A stretch of DNA of 64,000 nucleotides from Minisyncoccota bacterium (GCA_035500505.1 DATJXE010000005.1:318-64317), one strand, 5' to 3'. Positions 18,914 through 29,714 are shown, numbered from the stretch's first letter. Numbers and translations are program-made. Notes: generated by a model not told the origin, from the letters alone.

Positions 18914-20476
18914 CTATACCGCATGAAGCTCAATAATAAAGCGCGAACCCTTGTCTTTTCCGTCAGACTCTGCCCATATCTTTCCGCCCATGCCTTCGAT
19001 AAAGGTCTTCGCGAGGTAGAGCCCGAGACCCGTTCCGAGCAGGTTCATCTTCTGCGCGTCGGCACGCGAGAATTTCTGGAAGAGGTGCGGCAAAGTTTCC
19101 GGCGGAATGCCGACCCCGGTGTCGGCTATGGTGATGCGCGCCATGCCGTTGCGCTTCTCGATCTCCACCGTGATGTCGCCCGTTTTCGTATATTTGAGGG
19201 AATTATCCACGATATTGCCAACGACTTCGCGCAGCTTCGATTCGTCGGCGCGTGCGAGTAGGTTCGGAAAGTCCACTTTGACATCCAACGAGAGGCCCTT
19301 TTGCTCCGCATGCGCCCTGAATCCTTCGGCGATGCTTCGAATGGTCTTGCCGACGTCGACGTCGGCAATGGCGTAGGCTATCTGCCCGAGCTCAAGCTTC
19401 GATTTGTTGAGGAACTGGGATATGAGCGAGAGCACGGTGTCCCCATTCACCAGTATTTTCTCCGCGGCGTCTTTGGTCTGCGCGCCCGCCTCTCCCGTCG
19501 TCCCGTCGACGATGAGCGAAGCGTACCCGCGCATCGCCGTGATGGGGTTGCGTATCTCGTGCGAGGCGAATGTCATGAATTCCGATTTTTCTTCAGAAAG
19601 TCTTTCTATCTCTTCCCTTTGCTCGACTTCTTTTGTAACACTTTTGATCAAAAGAGCTCCGACGATGGCTACTGTAATCAGCAACGCTCCGTTGATTACG
19701 AGGTCGGAAAGGACGTTCGTGAGGATTAAGCGAATGAAGAGGAAGAGGAGGAGGGTGTACACAAGAAGTTCCGCAAGGATAGCTCTCGGATTGAACAGCC
19801 GGAATCGAAAAATTGAATACGTGATAACTACGGCGAACGCGAAAGTGAAAACCGGACCGCTCCAGATGTATTGGAAGTCATGGAAAAACGGTGAAGGAAG
19901 CAATAGGTTGTAATACATGCCGAATAACCCCGCGACCACGACGGTAGACGCGATAATCAACAATTGCACGCGTTCTACTCCGCTTGCCTGCGGGATCTTC
20001 AATAGGAGCCGCGCTTGCCCAAACAGGAAGAAAAAAAGGAATGATGCAGCAAAAAGCCAATACGCGAAAGGCTCCAAAACGACTTCCTTCCCCCAGCTAT
20101 GGAACACGACATTTTCCGTGAGAACACCAGGGAACAAAATATAAATACTCACAGCGCTCACAAAGGTTGTCGTGATCAATGTGTGGAGACGATGTACCGG
20201 TGTGGGCTTCGGGAACAGAAATGAAAATCTGTAAAAGAAAAAGGCCAGCAATAACGCTGCAATATAAGAAAGCTTTAGCAGATACAGGGCGATCGGGACC
20301 GAATCTACCTGTCTAAAAAGCAAAATGATAAGGGCCCAAAACGTGATGAAAACAACGAAAAGAGCGAACAGTTTGTTGACGGGCTTATCGCGGTCCCGTT
20401 GATACACGAACCAAATCAGCCCCGTGTTCGTTATAGCGGTTACCGCAAGCAATATATCCGGTATCTGAAACAGCAT
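18914..20476 (-). CDS. membrane sensor histidine kinase
   Basis: About 7 N-terminal TM helices. H-box FASHEIRNPITAM and HATPase_c G-boxes (DTGVGIP, GTGLGL). No response regulator is adjacent. Confidence 0.8.
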   Translation of the reverse strand: MLFQIPDILLAVTAITNTGLIWFVYQRDRDKPVNKLFALFVVFITFWALIILLFRQVDSVPIALYLLKLSYIAALLLAFFFYRFSFLFPKPTPVHRLHTLITTTFVSAVSIYILFPGVLTENVVFHSWGKEVVLEPFAYWLFAASFLFFFLFGQARLLLKIPQASGVERVQLLIIASTVVVAGLFGMYYNLLLPSPFFHDFQYIWSGPVFTFAFAVVITYSIFRFRLFNPRAILAELLVYTLLLFLFIRLILTNVLSDLVINGALLITVAIVGALLIKSVTKEVEQREEIERLSEEKSEFMTFASHEIRNPITAMRGYASLIVDGTTGEAGAQTKDAAEKILVNGDTVLSLISQFLNKSKLELGQIAYAIADVDVGKTIRSIAEGFRAHAEQKGLSLDVKVDFPNLLARADESKLREVVGNIVDNSLKYTKTGDITVEIEKRNGMARITIADTGVGIPPETLPHLFQKFSRADAQKMNLLGTGLGLYLAKTFIEGMGGKIWAESDGKDKGSRFIIELHAV

Positions 20477-20479
20477 GTT

Positions 20480-20536
20480 CCTAGAATAAAAAGATGCCCT
20501 CGCGCGTCGCTATAAAGTATAGCATCGCGCGAGGGC
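20480..20536 (-). terminator. rho-independent terminator for the upstream minus-strand gene
   Basis: An 11-bp perfect stem GCCCTCGCGCG/CGCGCGAGGGC holds a nested GCTATA/TATAGC hairpin. The minus-strand T-run is ATCTTTTTATTCT. Confidence 0.6.
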
Positions 20537-20560
20537 CGTGGGTCCTGACGGACCGGAAGA

Positions 20561-21604
20561 TCAGAGTCGAACGAGCATTGCGCCGTACTGGGCGCCCGCT
20601 CCCACGGTGCAGAAGACGCACAGGTCCTCTTGCGAGATCCTGTTGTGAAAGCGATCCTCGTCGATCAGGACGAGAGTGGCAGCGGCCGCGATGTTGCCAT
20701 AGTGGTCGACGTGCATAGCGACTTTTTCGATGGGGATCCCCTGGCTCTCGACGAACTTGGTCAGCACTTTCCCGTTGACCTGATGGAAGTAAAAACGCTT
20801 CACTTCCTTCTTCAGGTTGACCCGAGTTCGCTCCTGCAACCCTTCGAGCGCCTTCTTGGCGTACACGCCGAAAGAGGCAACGACTCCCCGACCGTCGATG
20901 ATGTACAGCGGCTCGGATCGATTGCCGCGGGACTCGTAGTACATCAACTTATTTGTCGGATCAACGCCGTGGTAGCTCGCGAGGATCTCGGAGCCGGAGA
21001 GGATCTTTTCCGACCGTCGCAAAACGGCCGCACCCGCTCCGTCGCCGAAGATGTACATCGAAGCCCACACGTCGTTTGCCACGTAGCTCGCCCAGTCGTT
21101 GTAGTACCGGGACGGGCCGTTCGATGCGACGACCAACATGTTGTCCATGCCGTTGCCGGCAAGCATTTTGGACGCACCGATCATTGCGTGCACCGCGCCG
21201 CCGCAACCAGCATCCATTTCGTATGGGATCGCCGTGTCATGGAGACCGAGGCGCTTATGCAGGTCGAACGCGCTGTTGGAAAAGTGGTGCCGAGCGTCCC
21301 CCTTTTGGGTACACGACACGTACCATATTCCATCAACCTCGTTCGGTTTCATGCCGGCACTTGCAATCGCCTTCCGTGCGGCATCTTCGGCCATGTCGAG
21401 TTCGTCGGCGCCGCTGACCGGATGGCCTTCGGAATCGAGCCGCGTCATGAAGCGACGCTCCTTGATGCCGAGTTTCTCGAGCGCCCAATCGGCACCTTTG
21501 CCGTCCTTTCGGATGAGACCAGCAAGCTCTTGATTGGTTATCACAGTGTCCGGCATATGACTGCCGGTTCCTGCGATACCTATAGTAGGAATCGTGGCAG
21601 CCAT
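20561..21604 (-). CDS. beta-ketoacyl-ACP synthase III (FabH)-family thiolase-fold condensing enzyme
   Basis: The Cys region EMDAGCGGAVHAM resembles FabH AACAGF. HQVNGKVL and HYGNIAAAATLV match the FabH His/Asn motifs. No other fatty-acid synthesis genes are nearby. Confidence 0.7.
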   Translation of the reverse strand: MAATIPTIGIAGTGSHMPDTVITNQELAGLIRKDGKGADWALEKLGIKERRFMTRLDSEGHPVSGADELDMAEDAARKAIASAGMKPNEVDGIWYVSCTQKGDARHHFSNSAFDLHKRLGLHDTAIPYEMDAGCGGAVHAMIGASKMLAGNGMDNMLVVASNGPSRYYNDWASYVANDVWASMYIFGDGAGAAVLRRSEKILSGSEILASYHGVDPTNKLMYYESRGNRSEPLYIIDGRGVVASFGVYAKKALEGLQERTRVNLKKEVKRFYFHQVNGKVLTKFVESQGIPIEKVAMHVDHYGNIAAAATLVLIDEDRFHNRISQEDLCVFCTVGAGAQYGAMLVRL

Positions 21605-21729
21605 GAGAAGCCTCCTGTTTCTGCCTATCTGCGAGCATTTCTGCTCCTGAGTGTCAGGGTATCACGGGGACACAATAAACACAACTGTCAACAAGCTGTG
21701 GATAAACCTCTCTGGCGCAAGTCGAGGCT

Positions 21730-22218
21730 TCAGCCTCCCACGTACGCAAGCGCGAAGTAGGCAAGGATGAACCAGAAAAAGCTGTAGGAATTGCCGAATA
21801 CGAACTGCATGTGCGGACCGAACTGCCACAGGGAGGAAAGCACGGGCGTTTGGATCCAGACCACTACGAGTACGGCCGTCGCGGCCGCGCCGGCGATCGC
21901 GGCGTTCAAAAGCGAGCTGTAACGGTCGTAAGCGAAGAACATCTGATGAAAGCAGACGAACAGTATCGCCTCGATGACCAGAAAGATGACGAGTTGGCCG
22001 ATCTCGCCCTTGAACGAAGCCGTGAGCGAGCCGACCAGTATCGTCTTCGGGACTATCTGGAAGAGGTAGAGAGTTATGGGGAGTGACAACGCGAGCGCCG
22101 TCGCGCGCGTGGGGCCTGAACGGAGCGAATCGGCGGAAACGATGAGAAAGAAGATGCCGATGACGAGCACGTCCAATGGAACGCTCGAGATCGCGGAAGT
22201 CGCGCCCTGGAAATCCAT
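21730..22218 (-). CDS. hypothetical polytopic membrane protein
   Basis: ORF 21730..22257 with an internal Met MDFQG. About 5 TM helices. Confidence 0.5.
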   Translation of the reverse strand: MDFQGATSAISSVPLDVLVIGIFFLIVSADSLRSGPTRATALALSLPITLYLFQIVPKTILVGSLTASFKGEIGQLVIFLVIEAILFVCFHQMFFAYDRYSSLLNAAIAGAAATAVLVVVWIQTPVLSSLWQFGPHMQFVFGNSYSFFWFILAYFALAYVGG

Positions 22219-22280
22219 TCCGGAATTATATCCTAATGACAAGCGCAAAGCGGACACCTCTGTTCATTTCCGGAGCAGAG

Positions 22281-23342
22281 CTACAACCCCTCCTTCCGCA
22301 ATTTTTCCACCGCCTCGCGAGCGCTTTTCGACAATTTCTTCGGAAATTCGATCTGCACGTTGACCAATAGATCGCCGCGGCTGCTCCTCCCTGTCGGGAC
22401 GCCCTTGCCGCGCACACGGAGCATCTCGCCGTGAACGATACCGGGTGGGACCGTGAGGCGCTCCTCTCCGTCGAGCGACTGGACCGCATAAGAACCTCCG
22501 AGGAGCGCGTCGGTGAGCTTTATCGAAAGTGTCGTCACAAGATTGCTGCCCTCGCGCGCGAACTTCGGGTCGGGTCGCACGTGCAATTTCACATAGAGAT
22601 CCCCCGCGTTCCCGACGGAAGTGGCTTCTCCCCTTCCGGGCATCCGTATCATTTCCCCATCCTCGACGCCGGCCGGCACGATGACCCGTATCTCTTCTTC
22701 TCGCTTCAACACGCCGGCGCCATGGCATGTCTCGCAGAGGATCTCCGGCACTTCGCCTTTCCCGTGGCAGTGCGGGCATACGCGCTCCTGCGTGAATGAG
22801 CCGAAGAAGGAATTGCGCGTTTCCCTGATGGAACCTTTGCCGTTGCAGGTCGTGCACGTCACCGTTTTCGAGCCTGGTTTCCCGCCGGTGCCGTTGCAGG
22901 TCTGGCAGAGTCCGAGTTTCGAAATGAGAACACGCCGTTCGACGCCGAAGATCGCCTCGCGGAACGTGAGCTCGATGTCTATCGAGATGTCGCGCCCGCG
23001 CCCGGTGCGCACCCCCCCTTGCCCGAAAAATTCCGAGAATATGTCGCCGAGGTCGAACTCGAAGGCTTGTCCGTTGCCCCCGAAACCCTGAAAATTGGAG
23101 AAATCGTACCCGCCGAAACCCTGTCCTCCCGCCCCGGCAAAGGTCCTGCCGTGGGCATCGTACTCCGCACGCTTCTTTTTGTCGGAAAGCACCGCGTAGG
23201 CCTCGCTCACTTCCTTGAACTTCGCCTCGTCGCCGCCTTTTTTGTCGGGGTGATACTTTTGTGCAAGTTTTCGGAACGCTTTTTTGATATCATCCTCGCT
23301 CGCGTTCTTCTGCACGCCCAAAATGTCGTAGTAGTTTTTCAT
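22281..23342 (-). CDS. dnaJ: chaperone DnaJ
   Basis: J-domain with HPD (KYHPDKK), a G/F-rich region, and four CxxCxGxG zinc-finger repeats. Confidence 0.9.
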   Translation of the reverse strand: MKNYYDILGVQKNASEDDIKKAFRKLAQKYHPDKKGGDEAKFKEVSEAYAVLSDKKKRAEYDAHGRTFAGAGGQGFGGYDFSNFQGFGGNGQAFEFDLGDIFSEFFGQGGVRTGRGRDISIDIELTFREAIFGVERRVLISKLGLCQTCNGTGGKPGSKTVTCTTCNGKGSIRETRNSFFGSFTQERVCPHCHGKGEVPEILCETCHGAGVLKREEEIRVIVPAGVEDGEMIRMPGRGEATSVGNAGDLYVKLHVRPDPKFAREGSNLVTTLSIKLTDALLGGSYAVQSLDGEERLTVPPGIVHGEMLRVRGKGVPTGRSSRGDLLVNVQIEFPKKLSKSAREAVEKLRKEGL

Positions 23343-23395
23343 GCCGAGTCACTATACTACTCGGAAATGTCCCGCAACGCAAAACTCTCGGCGCG

Positions 23396-25249
23396 CTACT
23401 GCTTCGGAGGCTCTTCCGGCGGTTTTTGCTCGCTCTGTGGAGGCTGCTGTTGCTGGTTCATCGCCTGCCCTATCGCGCTCATCGCGCTCGAAAGAGCGTC
23501 GCTCGCGGATTTGATGGCGGACGAATCGGTGCCGTTGCGTGCAGCTTTGACCGCATCTATCTTCTCTTGCACGTTCTTTTTGATATCCTCGCTTACCTTG
23601 TCGCCATGCTCGCGGAGCGCCTTTTCAGCGGCGTAGACGAGATTGTCGGCGCTGTTCTGGGCTTCGATGAGCTCCTTTTTTTGCTTGTCGGCATCGGCGT
23701 TCTTCTCGGCATCTTGTCGCATTTTCTCTATGTCGGCTTCAGAAAGTCCTGAACTTCCCTCTATCCGGATCGATTGCTCTTTGCCGCTCGTTTTGTCCTT
23801 TGCTTTGACGGTCAAAATGCCGTTGGCGTCGATGTCGAACGTGACTTCGACCTGCGGCATGCCGCGCGGCGCAGGCGGAATGCCGTCGAGATTGAAGCGT
23901 CCCAGCGACTTGTTGTCGGCCGCGAGCGGGCGCTCGCCCTGCACGACATGTATCTCGACGGACGGCTGGTTGTCGGAAGCCGTCGAGAAGACCTGCGAAC
24001 GAGAGGTCGGAATGGTCGTGTTGCGGTCGATAAGCTTCGTCGCGACCCCGCCCAACGTTTCGATGCCGAGAGAAAGCGGGATGACGTCGAGAAGGAGTAC
24101 GTCTTTGACGTCGCCTTGCAGGATGCCGCCCTGGATGGCCGCGCCTATCGCGACCACCTCGTCCGGATTGACGCTCATGTTCGGCTTTTTGCCGAAGTAA
24201 TCCTGCACGGCTTTTTGGAGCGCGGGCATACGCGTTTGACCACCGACGAGGATGATTTCGTTGAGGTCACCGATCTTGAAAGGTGACGCTTCCATCGCGC
24301 GCTTCGTTATCGTCATCGCGCGGTCAACGAATTCTCGCGAAAGTTCTTCGAGTTTCGCGCGAGAAAGCTTGATGAGAAGGTGTTGCGGTCCGGCCGCGGT
24401 CGAGGTGATGAACGGGATGTTCACTTCCGTGTCGAGCGCGCTCGAGAGTTCTATTTTCGCCTTCTCCGCGGCTTCGTCCAGACGCTGGCGCGCGAGCGGA
24501 TCATTGCGCACATCGATGCCGCTTTCCTTTCTGAACTCATCCGCGAGCCAGTCCATTATCTTCTGGTCGATGTCCTTGCCTCCCAGGTGTGCATCGCCGT
24601 CGGTCGAACGCACCTCGATGACATCGTCGCCGACCTCAAGCACGGAAATATCAAAGGTGCCGCCGCCGAAGTCGAACACGACGATCTTTTCGTTCTTTTT
24701 CTTGTTGAAACCGTATGCGAGCGCAGCCGCGGTCGGCTCGTTGATGATGCGCTTCACGTCCAATCCGGCGATCTTGCCCGCGTCGCGGGTCGCGGCGCGC
24801 TGTGCGTCGTTGAAGTACGCCGGCACCGTGATGACGGCCTCCGTTATCGTTTCTCCGAGCCGCGCTTCCGCATCCTGCTTCAGTTTTTGCAGTATCATCG
24901 CGGAGATCTCTTCCGGCCGGTACCATTTGTCCCCCATTTTTACCTCGATGCCGCCGTTGCCCGATTTGCGCACCTCAAAAGGCACGGATTTTATGTCTTT
25001 TTGCACGCCCGGCTCGTCGAACGTGTGGCCGATGAAGCGCTTGATCTGATACACGGTATTCTGCGGATTGGTGACGGCCTGCCTGCGCGCAAGCTGGCCC
25101 ACCAATCGCTCCCCCGTCTTCGAAGTAGCGACGATGGAGGGCGTCGTGCGTGCGCCTTCCGCGTTCTCGATAATGTGCGGTTCTCCGCCGCTCACGTATG
25201 CGACAGCCGAATTCGTAGTACCCAAGTCGATGCCGATGATTTTTGCCAT
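23396..25249 (-). CDS. dnaK: chaperone DnaK (Hsp70)
   Basis: [21 protein letters not shown] and the full Hsp70 architecture. 617 aa. Confidence 0.95.
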   Translation of the reverse strand: MAKIIGIDLGTTNSAVAYVSGGEPHIIENAEGARTTPSIVATSKTGERLVGQLARRQAVTNPQNTVYQIKRFIGHTFDEPGVQKDIKSVPFEVRKSGNGGIEVKMGDKWYRPEEISAMILQKLKQDAEARLGETITEAVITVPAYFNDAQRAATRDAGKIAGLDVKRIINEPTAAALAYGFNKKKNEKIVVFDFGGGTFDISVLEVGDDVIEVRSTDGDAHLGGKDIDQKIMDWLADEFRKESGIDVRNDPLARQRLDEAAEKAKIELSSALDTEVNIPFITSTAAGPQHLLIKLSRAKLEELSREFVDRAMTITKRAMEASPFKIGDLNEIILVGGQTRMPALQKAVQDYFGKKPNMSVNPDEVVAIGAAIQGGILQGDVKDVLLLDVIPLSLGIETLGGVATKLIDRNTTIPTSRSQVFSTASDNQPSVEIHVVQGERPLAADNKSLGRFNLDGIPPAPRGMPQVEVTFDIDANGILTVKAKDKTSGKEQSIRIEGSSGLSEADIEKMRQDAEKNADADKQKKELIEAQNSADNLVYAAEKALREHGDKVSEDIKKNVQEKIDAVKAARNGTDSSAIKSASDALSSAMSAIGQAMNQQQQPPQSEQKPPEEPPKQ

Positions 25250-25306
25250 AGAAAAACGGTATACACTTCTTCGGCGTGCTTGTCAACGCGAGGCTGAACC
25301 TCGCAC

Positions 25307-25849
25307 TTACCTTTTTAGGATGACTTGCGCGGGACGGATGATACGATCACCCATCCTGTAGCCGTATCGTAAGATCCTTACAATTGTTCCTGGTTCGCCC
25401 GGCATATCATCAGTTTCTTGCACGGCTTCGTGGAGCGCGTGATCGAATTTTTCGCCGACTTTGCCGAATCGCTTCACGCCCTGACGTAAAAGTGCGTCCA
25501 GAAGTTGATTTTGTATCTGGCTGACCCCGCTTCGCCACTCCGGTGCGACCGTTTCCCACGAAGGAGAGCCCGCGGCAAGGTCGAATCCGTCGAGCGCGGG
25601 AATGAGGTCTTCGATGAACGACTCCACGGCGCGCTCTCCTTGCCGCTTTGCCTGTCGCAGCGTCTCTTGCCGAGAATTTACCATGTCGGCTTTGGCTCTT
25701 TGCCAGCCGTCGAGATATTCCTGCCGTTCTTTCTTGACCTTCTCAAGCTCGTCTTTGAGCTTCTGGAGTTTTGCTTTTGCAGCGCCAACGCTCCCGAGTT
25801 CATCCTCGGGCTCGAAATCGAGGTCTTCACGCTCGTCACCTTTTTTCAT
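25307..25849 (-). CDS. grpE: nucleotide exchange factor GrpE
   Basis: Coiled-coil N-terminus and GrpE C-terminus (FDHALHEAV...GYRMGDRIIRPAQV). Order is grpE-dnaK-dnaJ. Confidence 0.9.
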   Translation of the reverse strand: MKKGDEREDLDFEPEDELGSVGAAKAKLQKLKDELEKVKKERQEYLDGWQRAKADMVNSRQETLRQAKRQGERAVESFIEDLIPALDGFDLAAGSPSWETVAPEWRSGVSQIQNQLLDALLRQGVKRFGKVGEKFDHALHEAVQETDDMPGEPGTIVRILRYGYRMGDRIIRPAQVILKR

Positions 25850-25987
25850 GATGGGAGTATAGCAAAACGGAGCCGCAAAAGTTAAGCCTCGGAGTCAGGT
25901 TGGAACTGCTCCGAGGCCGGACGACCGCATAACCTGGTTCGCTGGGAAAGTGGGTTGGGCGAACCGCGGTGTCCTAACGACAAAGAT

Positions 25988-26380
25988 CTAGCGCTTCGAC
26001 CATTGCGGAGCACGTCGAGCGCCCTTGAGGCCGAACTTCTTGCGTTCTTTGGCGCGCGGGTCGCGCTTGAGGAAACCGCGGACCTTGAGATCTTTGCGCT
26101 GTTCCGGGACGATAGCGACGATGGCGCGGGAGAGGCCGTGGCGCACGGCATCCGCCTGCGCTTTGTGTCCGCCGCCCTTCACTTGCACCGAAACCTCATA
26201 GGCGACGCCGAGAGTTTGCATCGGCGCAAACGCCGTCTTTACCATACCTTCGAGCGGGAAATATTCGTCAGCTGGTTTTCCGTTGACCGTCATCGACGCC
26301 GATTTTGCGGGAGAGATGCGCACGCGGGCCGAGGCCGTCTTGCGGCGTCCTATCGCTTCGGTGTAGTCGTTTTTTGCCAT
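25988..26380 (-). CDS. rpsI: 30S ribosomal protein S9
   Basis: The C-terminus ...GLKGARRAPQWSKR is the S9 hallmark. Confidence 0.9.
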   Translation of the reverse strand: MAKNDYTEAIGRRKTASARVRISPAKSASMTVNGKPADEYFPLEGMVKTAFAPMQTLGVAYEVSVQVKGGGHKAQADAVRHGLSRAIVAIVPEQRKDLKVRGFLKRDPRAKERKKFGLKGARRAPQWSKR

Positions 26381-26387
26381 ACAAATT

Positions 26388-26744
26388 TTATTCGGTGACG
26401 ATAAGGTTTTTCATGCGCGAAGTTTTCATGGTGTTGCGCGGAAGCATGCGAGAGACCGCACGACGGATGGCCTCGCCGTTCCCTTTGCGCGACGCAAGGT
26501 GCGAAAGCGTCTCATACTTGATGCCGCCCGGATAACCGGAATAGGTCGTGTAGGTCTTTTGCAGGCGCTTCTTTTCGGTGACGTGGAGCTTCGAGGCGTT
26601 GACGACCTGCACCTTGACCTTGGAATCGATGTGCGGCACGTAGTCGGCGCGGGTCTTCCCCATGAGCGCCTTCGCCGCAGCGGAGGCAACGCGACCGAGC
26701 GTCTTCCCTCCCGCGTCTATCGTATATGTCTTTTCATCTGCCAT
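26388..26744 (-). CDS. rplM: 50S ribosomal protein L13
   Basis: Trimmed to MADEKTYTIDAGGKTLGRVASAAAKAL. Confidence 0.9.
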   Translation of the reverse strand: MADEKTYTIDAGGKTLGRVASAAAKALMGKTRADYVPHIDSKVKVQVVNASKLHVTEKKRLQKTYTTYSGYPGGIKYETLSHLASRKGNGEAIRRAVSRMLPRNTMKTSRMKNLIVTE

Positions 26745-26745
26745 A

Positions 26746-27099
26746 TTATTGTATGAATTCGATGCGAGCCTGTTCGCCGACGCGCTTGCCGATGCGTCCG
26801 AGCCGGACGATCCGGGTATAGCCGCCCGAGCGCTTCGCGTACCGCGGCGCAAGCGTTTCCTTGAGCTTTCTCGCCGCCTCAGGAGAGCCGATGCGCGAAA
26901 TGACGTTCTTCTGCGCCGCGACGGTTCCCTTCTTGCTTTCGCTCACCAGTTTCTCAACGAACGGACGAAGTTCTTTCGCTTTGGCAACGGTCGTTGTTAT
27001 CCCTTCCCGCAAAACCAACGAGCGTGCAAGCGAACGAAGCAAGGCGGTATACTGCCGCTTCGTCCGATGAAGTGTTCGCTTGGCGCTGTGGTGTCGCAT
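26746..27099 (-). CDS. rplQ: 50S ribosomal protein L17
   Basis: MRHHSAKRTLHRTKRQYTALLRSLA is the canonical L17 start. Confidence 0.9.
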   Translation of the reverse strand: MRHHSAKRTLHRTKRQYTALLRSLARSLVLREGITTTVAKAKELRPFVEKLVSESKKGTVAAQKNVISRIGSPEAARKLKETLAPRYAKRSGGYTRIVRLGRIGKRVGEQARIEFIQ

Positions 27100-27104
27100 A
27101 TCGG

Positions 27105-28079
27105 TTATTGAGCTCGCAGGGTGAGACCGAGGTTGGAAAGGGCGCGCTTGATGTCCTGCAAACCTTTCTGACCCAAGCCTTCGATGGCGAGCAGGTCGTC
27201 CTCGCGCTTGCGTACGAGTCCGCCGACGGTGCGGATGGAGGCGTTGTCCAGCGCGGCTTCGACGCGTTGCGGAAGCTGCAGTTCGGTGATGCGTGTTTTC
27301 AGGATCTCCGCATCCATCTGAACCCCGCGCTCTTCGCGTGTCGCGGCGTGACCGGATTCGGAAAGAGCTGCCATTTCGGGAACTTCCTCTTCCTTGAAGC
27401 CGACGACGGCCTTGAGCTGGTGGATCATCGTTTCGATGGAACTCTCGAGCGCTTCGCGCGGGGTGAGCGTGCCGTCGGTCTCGATGAGCATGCGGAGGCG
27501 GTTGAAGTCGGTACGGTCGCCGACGCGCATGTTCTCCACTTCATAGTTGACGCGGCGGATGGGCGAGAAAATGGCATCGAGCGCAATAGAGCCGATGTCC
27601 ACACGCTCTTTTTGATGCGCTTCTTTCGGCACGTACCCAAGCCCGCGCTCGGCGGTAAGTTCCATTTCGAGCGTCGTCTTGCCGGAAATATCGGCGATGT
27701 GTTGCTCGGGGTTGAGGATCTCCACCTGGCCCGGCAATTTCAAATCGGCGGCGGTCACCTCTTTCGGGCCCTTCACGCTCAAGGAAACGGTCTGCGGCTC
27801 GTCGGTCAAAAGGCGGAAACGGATCTTGCGAATGTTGAGGAGTATCGTGACGACATCCTCTTTCACGCCTTCGATGGTCGAGAATTCGTGCGCGACGCCG
27901 GGGATCTTGACGTGCGTCACCGCCGCGCCGCGAAGCGAAGAGAGTATGATGCGGCGAAGCGAGTTGCCGAGCGTGTAGCCATAACCCGGGTAGAGCCCGT
28001 CTATCTCGTAGGTGCCGCTTCGCTCCGACTCGGAGACGACACGGGGTTTGCTCGGAAGCGCGATGAAGTAATCGGACAT
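27105..28079 (-). CDS. rpoA: DNA-directed RNA polymerase alpha subunit
   Basis: N-terminal dimerisation domain (VESERSGTYEIDGLYPGYGYTLGNSLRRILLSSL) and a C-terminal alpha-CTD. Confidence 0.9.
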   Translation of the reverse strand: MSDYFIALPSKPRVVSESERSGTYEIDGLYPGYGYTLGNSLRRIILSSLRGAAVTHVKIPGVAHEFSTIEGVKEDVVTILLNIRKIRFRLLTDEPQTVSLSVKGPKEVTAADLKLPGQVEILNPEQHIADISGKTTLEMELTAERGLGYVPKEAHQKERVDIGSIALDAIFSPIRRVNYEVENMRVGDRTDFNRLRMLIETDGTLTPREALESSIETMIHQLKAVVGFKEEEVPEMAALSESGHAATREERGVQMDAEILKTRITELQLPQRVEAALDNASIRTVGGLVRKREDDLLAIEGLGQKGLQDIKRALSNLGLTLRAQ

Positions 28080-28148
28080 GAAGATTGGAAAATTACAACA
28101 CTAATAAAAAATGCCTCAAATGGAAATAAAACGCCCGCCAGTATACCA

Positions 28149-28754
28149 CTATCTGCTGTAGAACTCAAATACGGTCGGATAATCAAGTCCCGCCTCGATC
28201 TGGCTGTACTGCGGCTCGCCCGAAACTTCGACGGAAAGGAGGTTCGGGTCGACGGAAAGCCACTGCGGAGGGACTTTCTTGTCCTCCTTCTCGGCAAGAC
28301 CCGCATACAGAGGACTCGTACGGACGCTCTCTCGGATCTCAAGTTTGTCGCCCTTTTTGAGGCGATGTGAGGGGCTCGTGATACGGGTTCCGTTCACTTT
28401 CACGTGGCCGTGAGAGACGGCCTGGCGCGCGGCCCTTCGGCTCGGCGCGAAACCCGCTCGATACAGGACTGAATCCGCGCGCATCTCCAGCGCGCGATGC
28501 AATTGCGTCGAAGGGTCCTTCTCGTGCGTCGCCTCCTGCGCGTAGTTGGAAAGCTGGCGCTCGGAGAGTCCGTAGGTGTAACGCACGCGCTGCTTCTCCA
28601 GCAACTGACGGCCGAAGTCGCTCCCCCCGCGCCCGCCGCGGCGCTCTTTCTTGGAGCGGGCTTCCGAGAGGGCGAATTTTTGCGTTTGCGTCTGTTCGAA
28701 AACGCCCGCGCCAAGGCGCTTCGCTATTTTGTATTTTGATTTGATGCGGAGCAT
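28149..28754 (-). CDS. rpsD: 30S ribosomal protein S4
   Basis: Trimmed to MLRIKSKYKIAKRLG. An S4 RNA-binding domain is present. Confidence 0.9.
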   Translation of the reverse strand: MLRIKSKYKIAKRLGAGVFEQTQTQKFALSEARSKKERRGGRGGSDFGRQLLEKQRVRYTYGLSERQLSNYAQEATHEKDPSTQLHRALEMRADSVLYRAGFAPSRRAARQAVSHGHVKVNGTRITSPSHRLKKGDKLEIRESVRTSPLYAGLAEKEDKKVPPQWLSVDPNLLSVEVSGEPQYSQIEAGLDYPTVFEFYSR

Positions 28755-28761
28755 AGAGGAA

Positions 28762-29196
28762 TTAGACGCGACGGGGTTTCGGCGGACGAGGGCCGTTGTG
28801 CGGGATCGGGGTTTGGTCGGCGATCTTCGTGACGTCGATGCCCTTGCCGGCAAAGCCTCGCAACGCGGATTCGCGTCCGGCGCCGACGCCGCGGATGACG
28901 ACGTCCACTTCCTTCACGCCGATGATGGCCGCCTTGTCGCCGAGGAGCTCGCCGACCTTCGCCGCAGCGAACGGTGTTCCCTTCTTCGCACCCGAGAAGC
29001 CGAGACTTCCGGCCGAAGACCATGCCACCGTGTTCCCGCTCTTGTCCGAGAGGAGCGCCTTGGTGTTGTTGTAGGTCGCGTGGATATGGAGCGTTGCCGC
29101 GGTGATGTTCTTTTTCGCGACACGCGCAAGAGACCGAGATTTGAGTCCCTGGTCGACGCTGCCGCCGCTCTTTCTGATGATGCGTTTCTTTCCCAT
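28762..29196 (-). CDS. rpsK: 30S ribosomal protein S11
   Basis: AATLHIHATYNNT...GSLGFSGAKKGTPFAA is the S11 signature. Confidence 0.9.
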   Translation of the reverse strand: MGKKRIIRKSGGSVDQGLKSRSLARVAKKNITAATLHIHATYNNTKALLSDKSGNTVAWSSAGSLGFSGAKKGTPFAAAKVGELLGDKAAIIGVKEVDVVIRGVGAGRESALRGFAGKGIDVTKIADQTPIPHNGPRPPKPRRV

Positions 29197-29199
29197 ATA

Positions 29200-29580
29200 T
29201 TATGTTTTCTCAAGCTTGCGGCGGCCGGAGGTCATCGTGGTGCGCTTGTTGCCGCGGACGGTGCGGGAATTCGTTTTCGTGCGCTGGCCGCGCGCCGGCA
29301 AATGTTTTTGGTGACGGGTCCCGCGGTACGCCTTGATATCGCGCAAGCGACGGATGTTGCCGCTAATTTCTCGTTTGAGCTCGCCTTCGAGAGCGAATTT
29401 TTCGATAGCTTCGCGGAGCGACGACTCCTCCTTCGCGGAAAGTTCCGCAGGGCGCTTCCCCGCTTCGATGCCGAGATCGGAGAGCGTCGCGAGCGCGCGA
29501 GAGCGGCCCACTCCATAAATAGAAGTGAGCGCTATTTCGAGGCGCTTTTCCGGTACGGTGACTCCAGCGATGCGAAGCAT
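29200..29580 (-). CDS. rpsM: 30S ribosomal protein S13
   Basis: MLRIAGVTVPEKRLEIALTSIYGVG is the S13 start. Confidence 0.9.
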   Translation of the reverse strand: MLRIAGVTVPEKRLEIALTSIYGVGRSRALATLSDLGIEAGKRPAELSAKEESSLREAIEKFALEGELKREISGNIRRLRDIKAYRGTRHQKHLPARGQRTKTNSRTVRGNKRTTMTSGRRKLEKT

Positions 29581-29585
29581 AGCGA

Positions 29586-29699
29586 TTATCCTTGGCGCTG
29601 CTTATGACGCGGGTTGGTGCAAATGACGCGCAGCCGACCGCCCCGGCGGACAAGCCGGCAGTGCATGCAAATTTTCTTGACGGATGCTTTTACTTTCAT
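29586..29699 (-). CDS. rpmJ: 50S ribosomal protein L36 (37 aa; not in ORF track)
   Basis: Manual translation gives [37 protein letters not shown]. It carries the C-C-C-H zinc-ribbon motif of L36. Confidence 0.85.
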   Translation of the reverse strand: MKVKASVKKICMHCRLVRRGGRLRVICTNPRHKQRQG

Positions 29700-29714
29700 A
29701 TGTTCTTTGTGGTT

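Noticed and set aside
25850-25987. Search for a CIRCE heat-shock operator (TTAGCACTC-N9-GAGTGCTAA) upstream of grpE
   Set aside because: No match read in the grpE-rpsI spacer, only a GC hairpin (CCTCGGAG..CTCCGAGG) that looks like the rpsI terminator. No CIRCE element is called.
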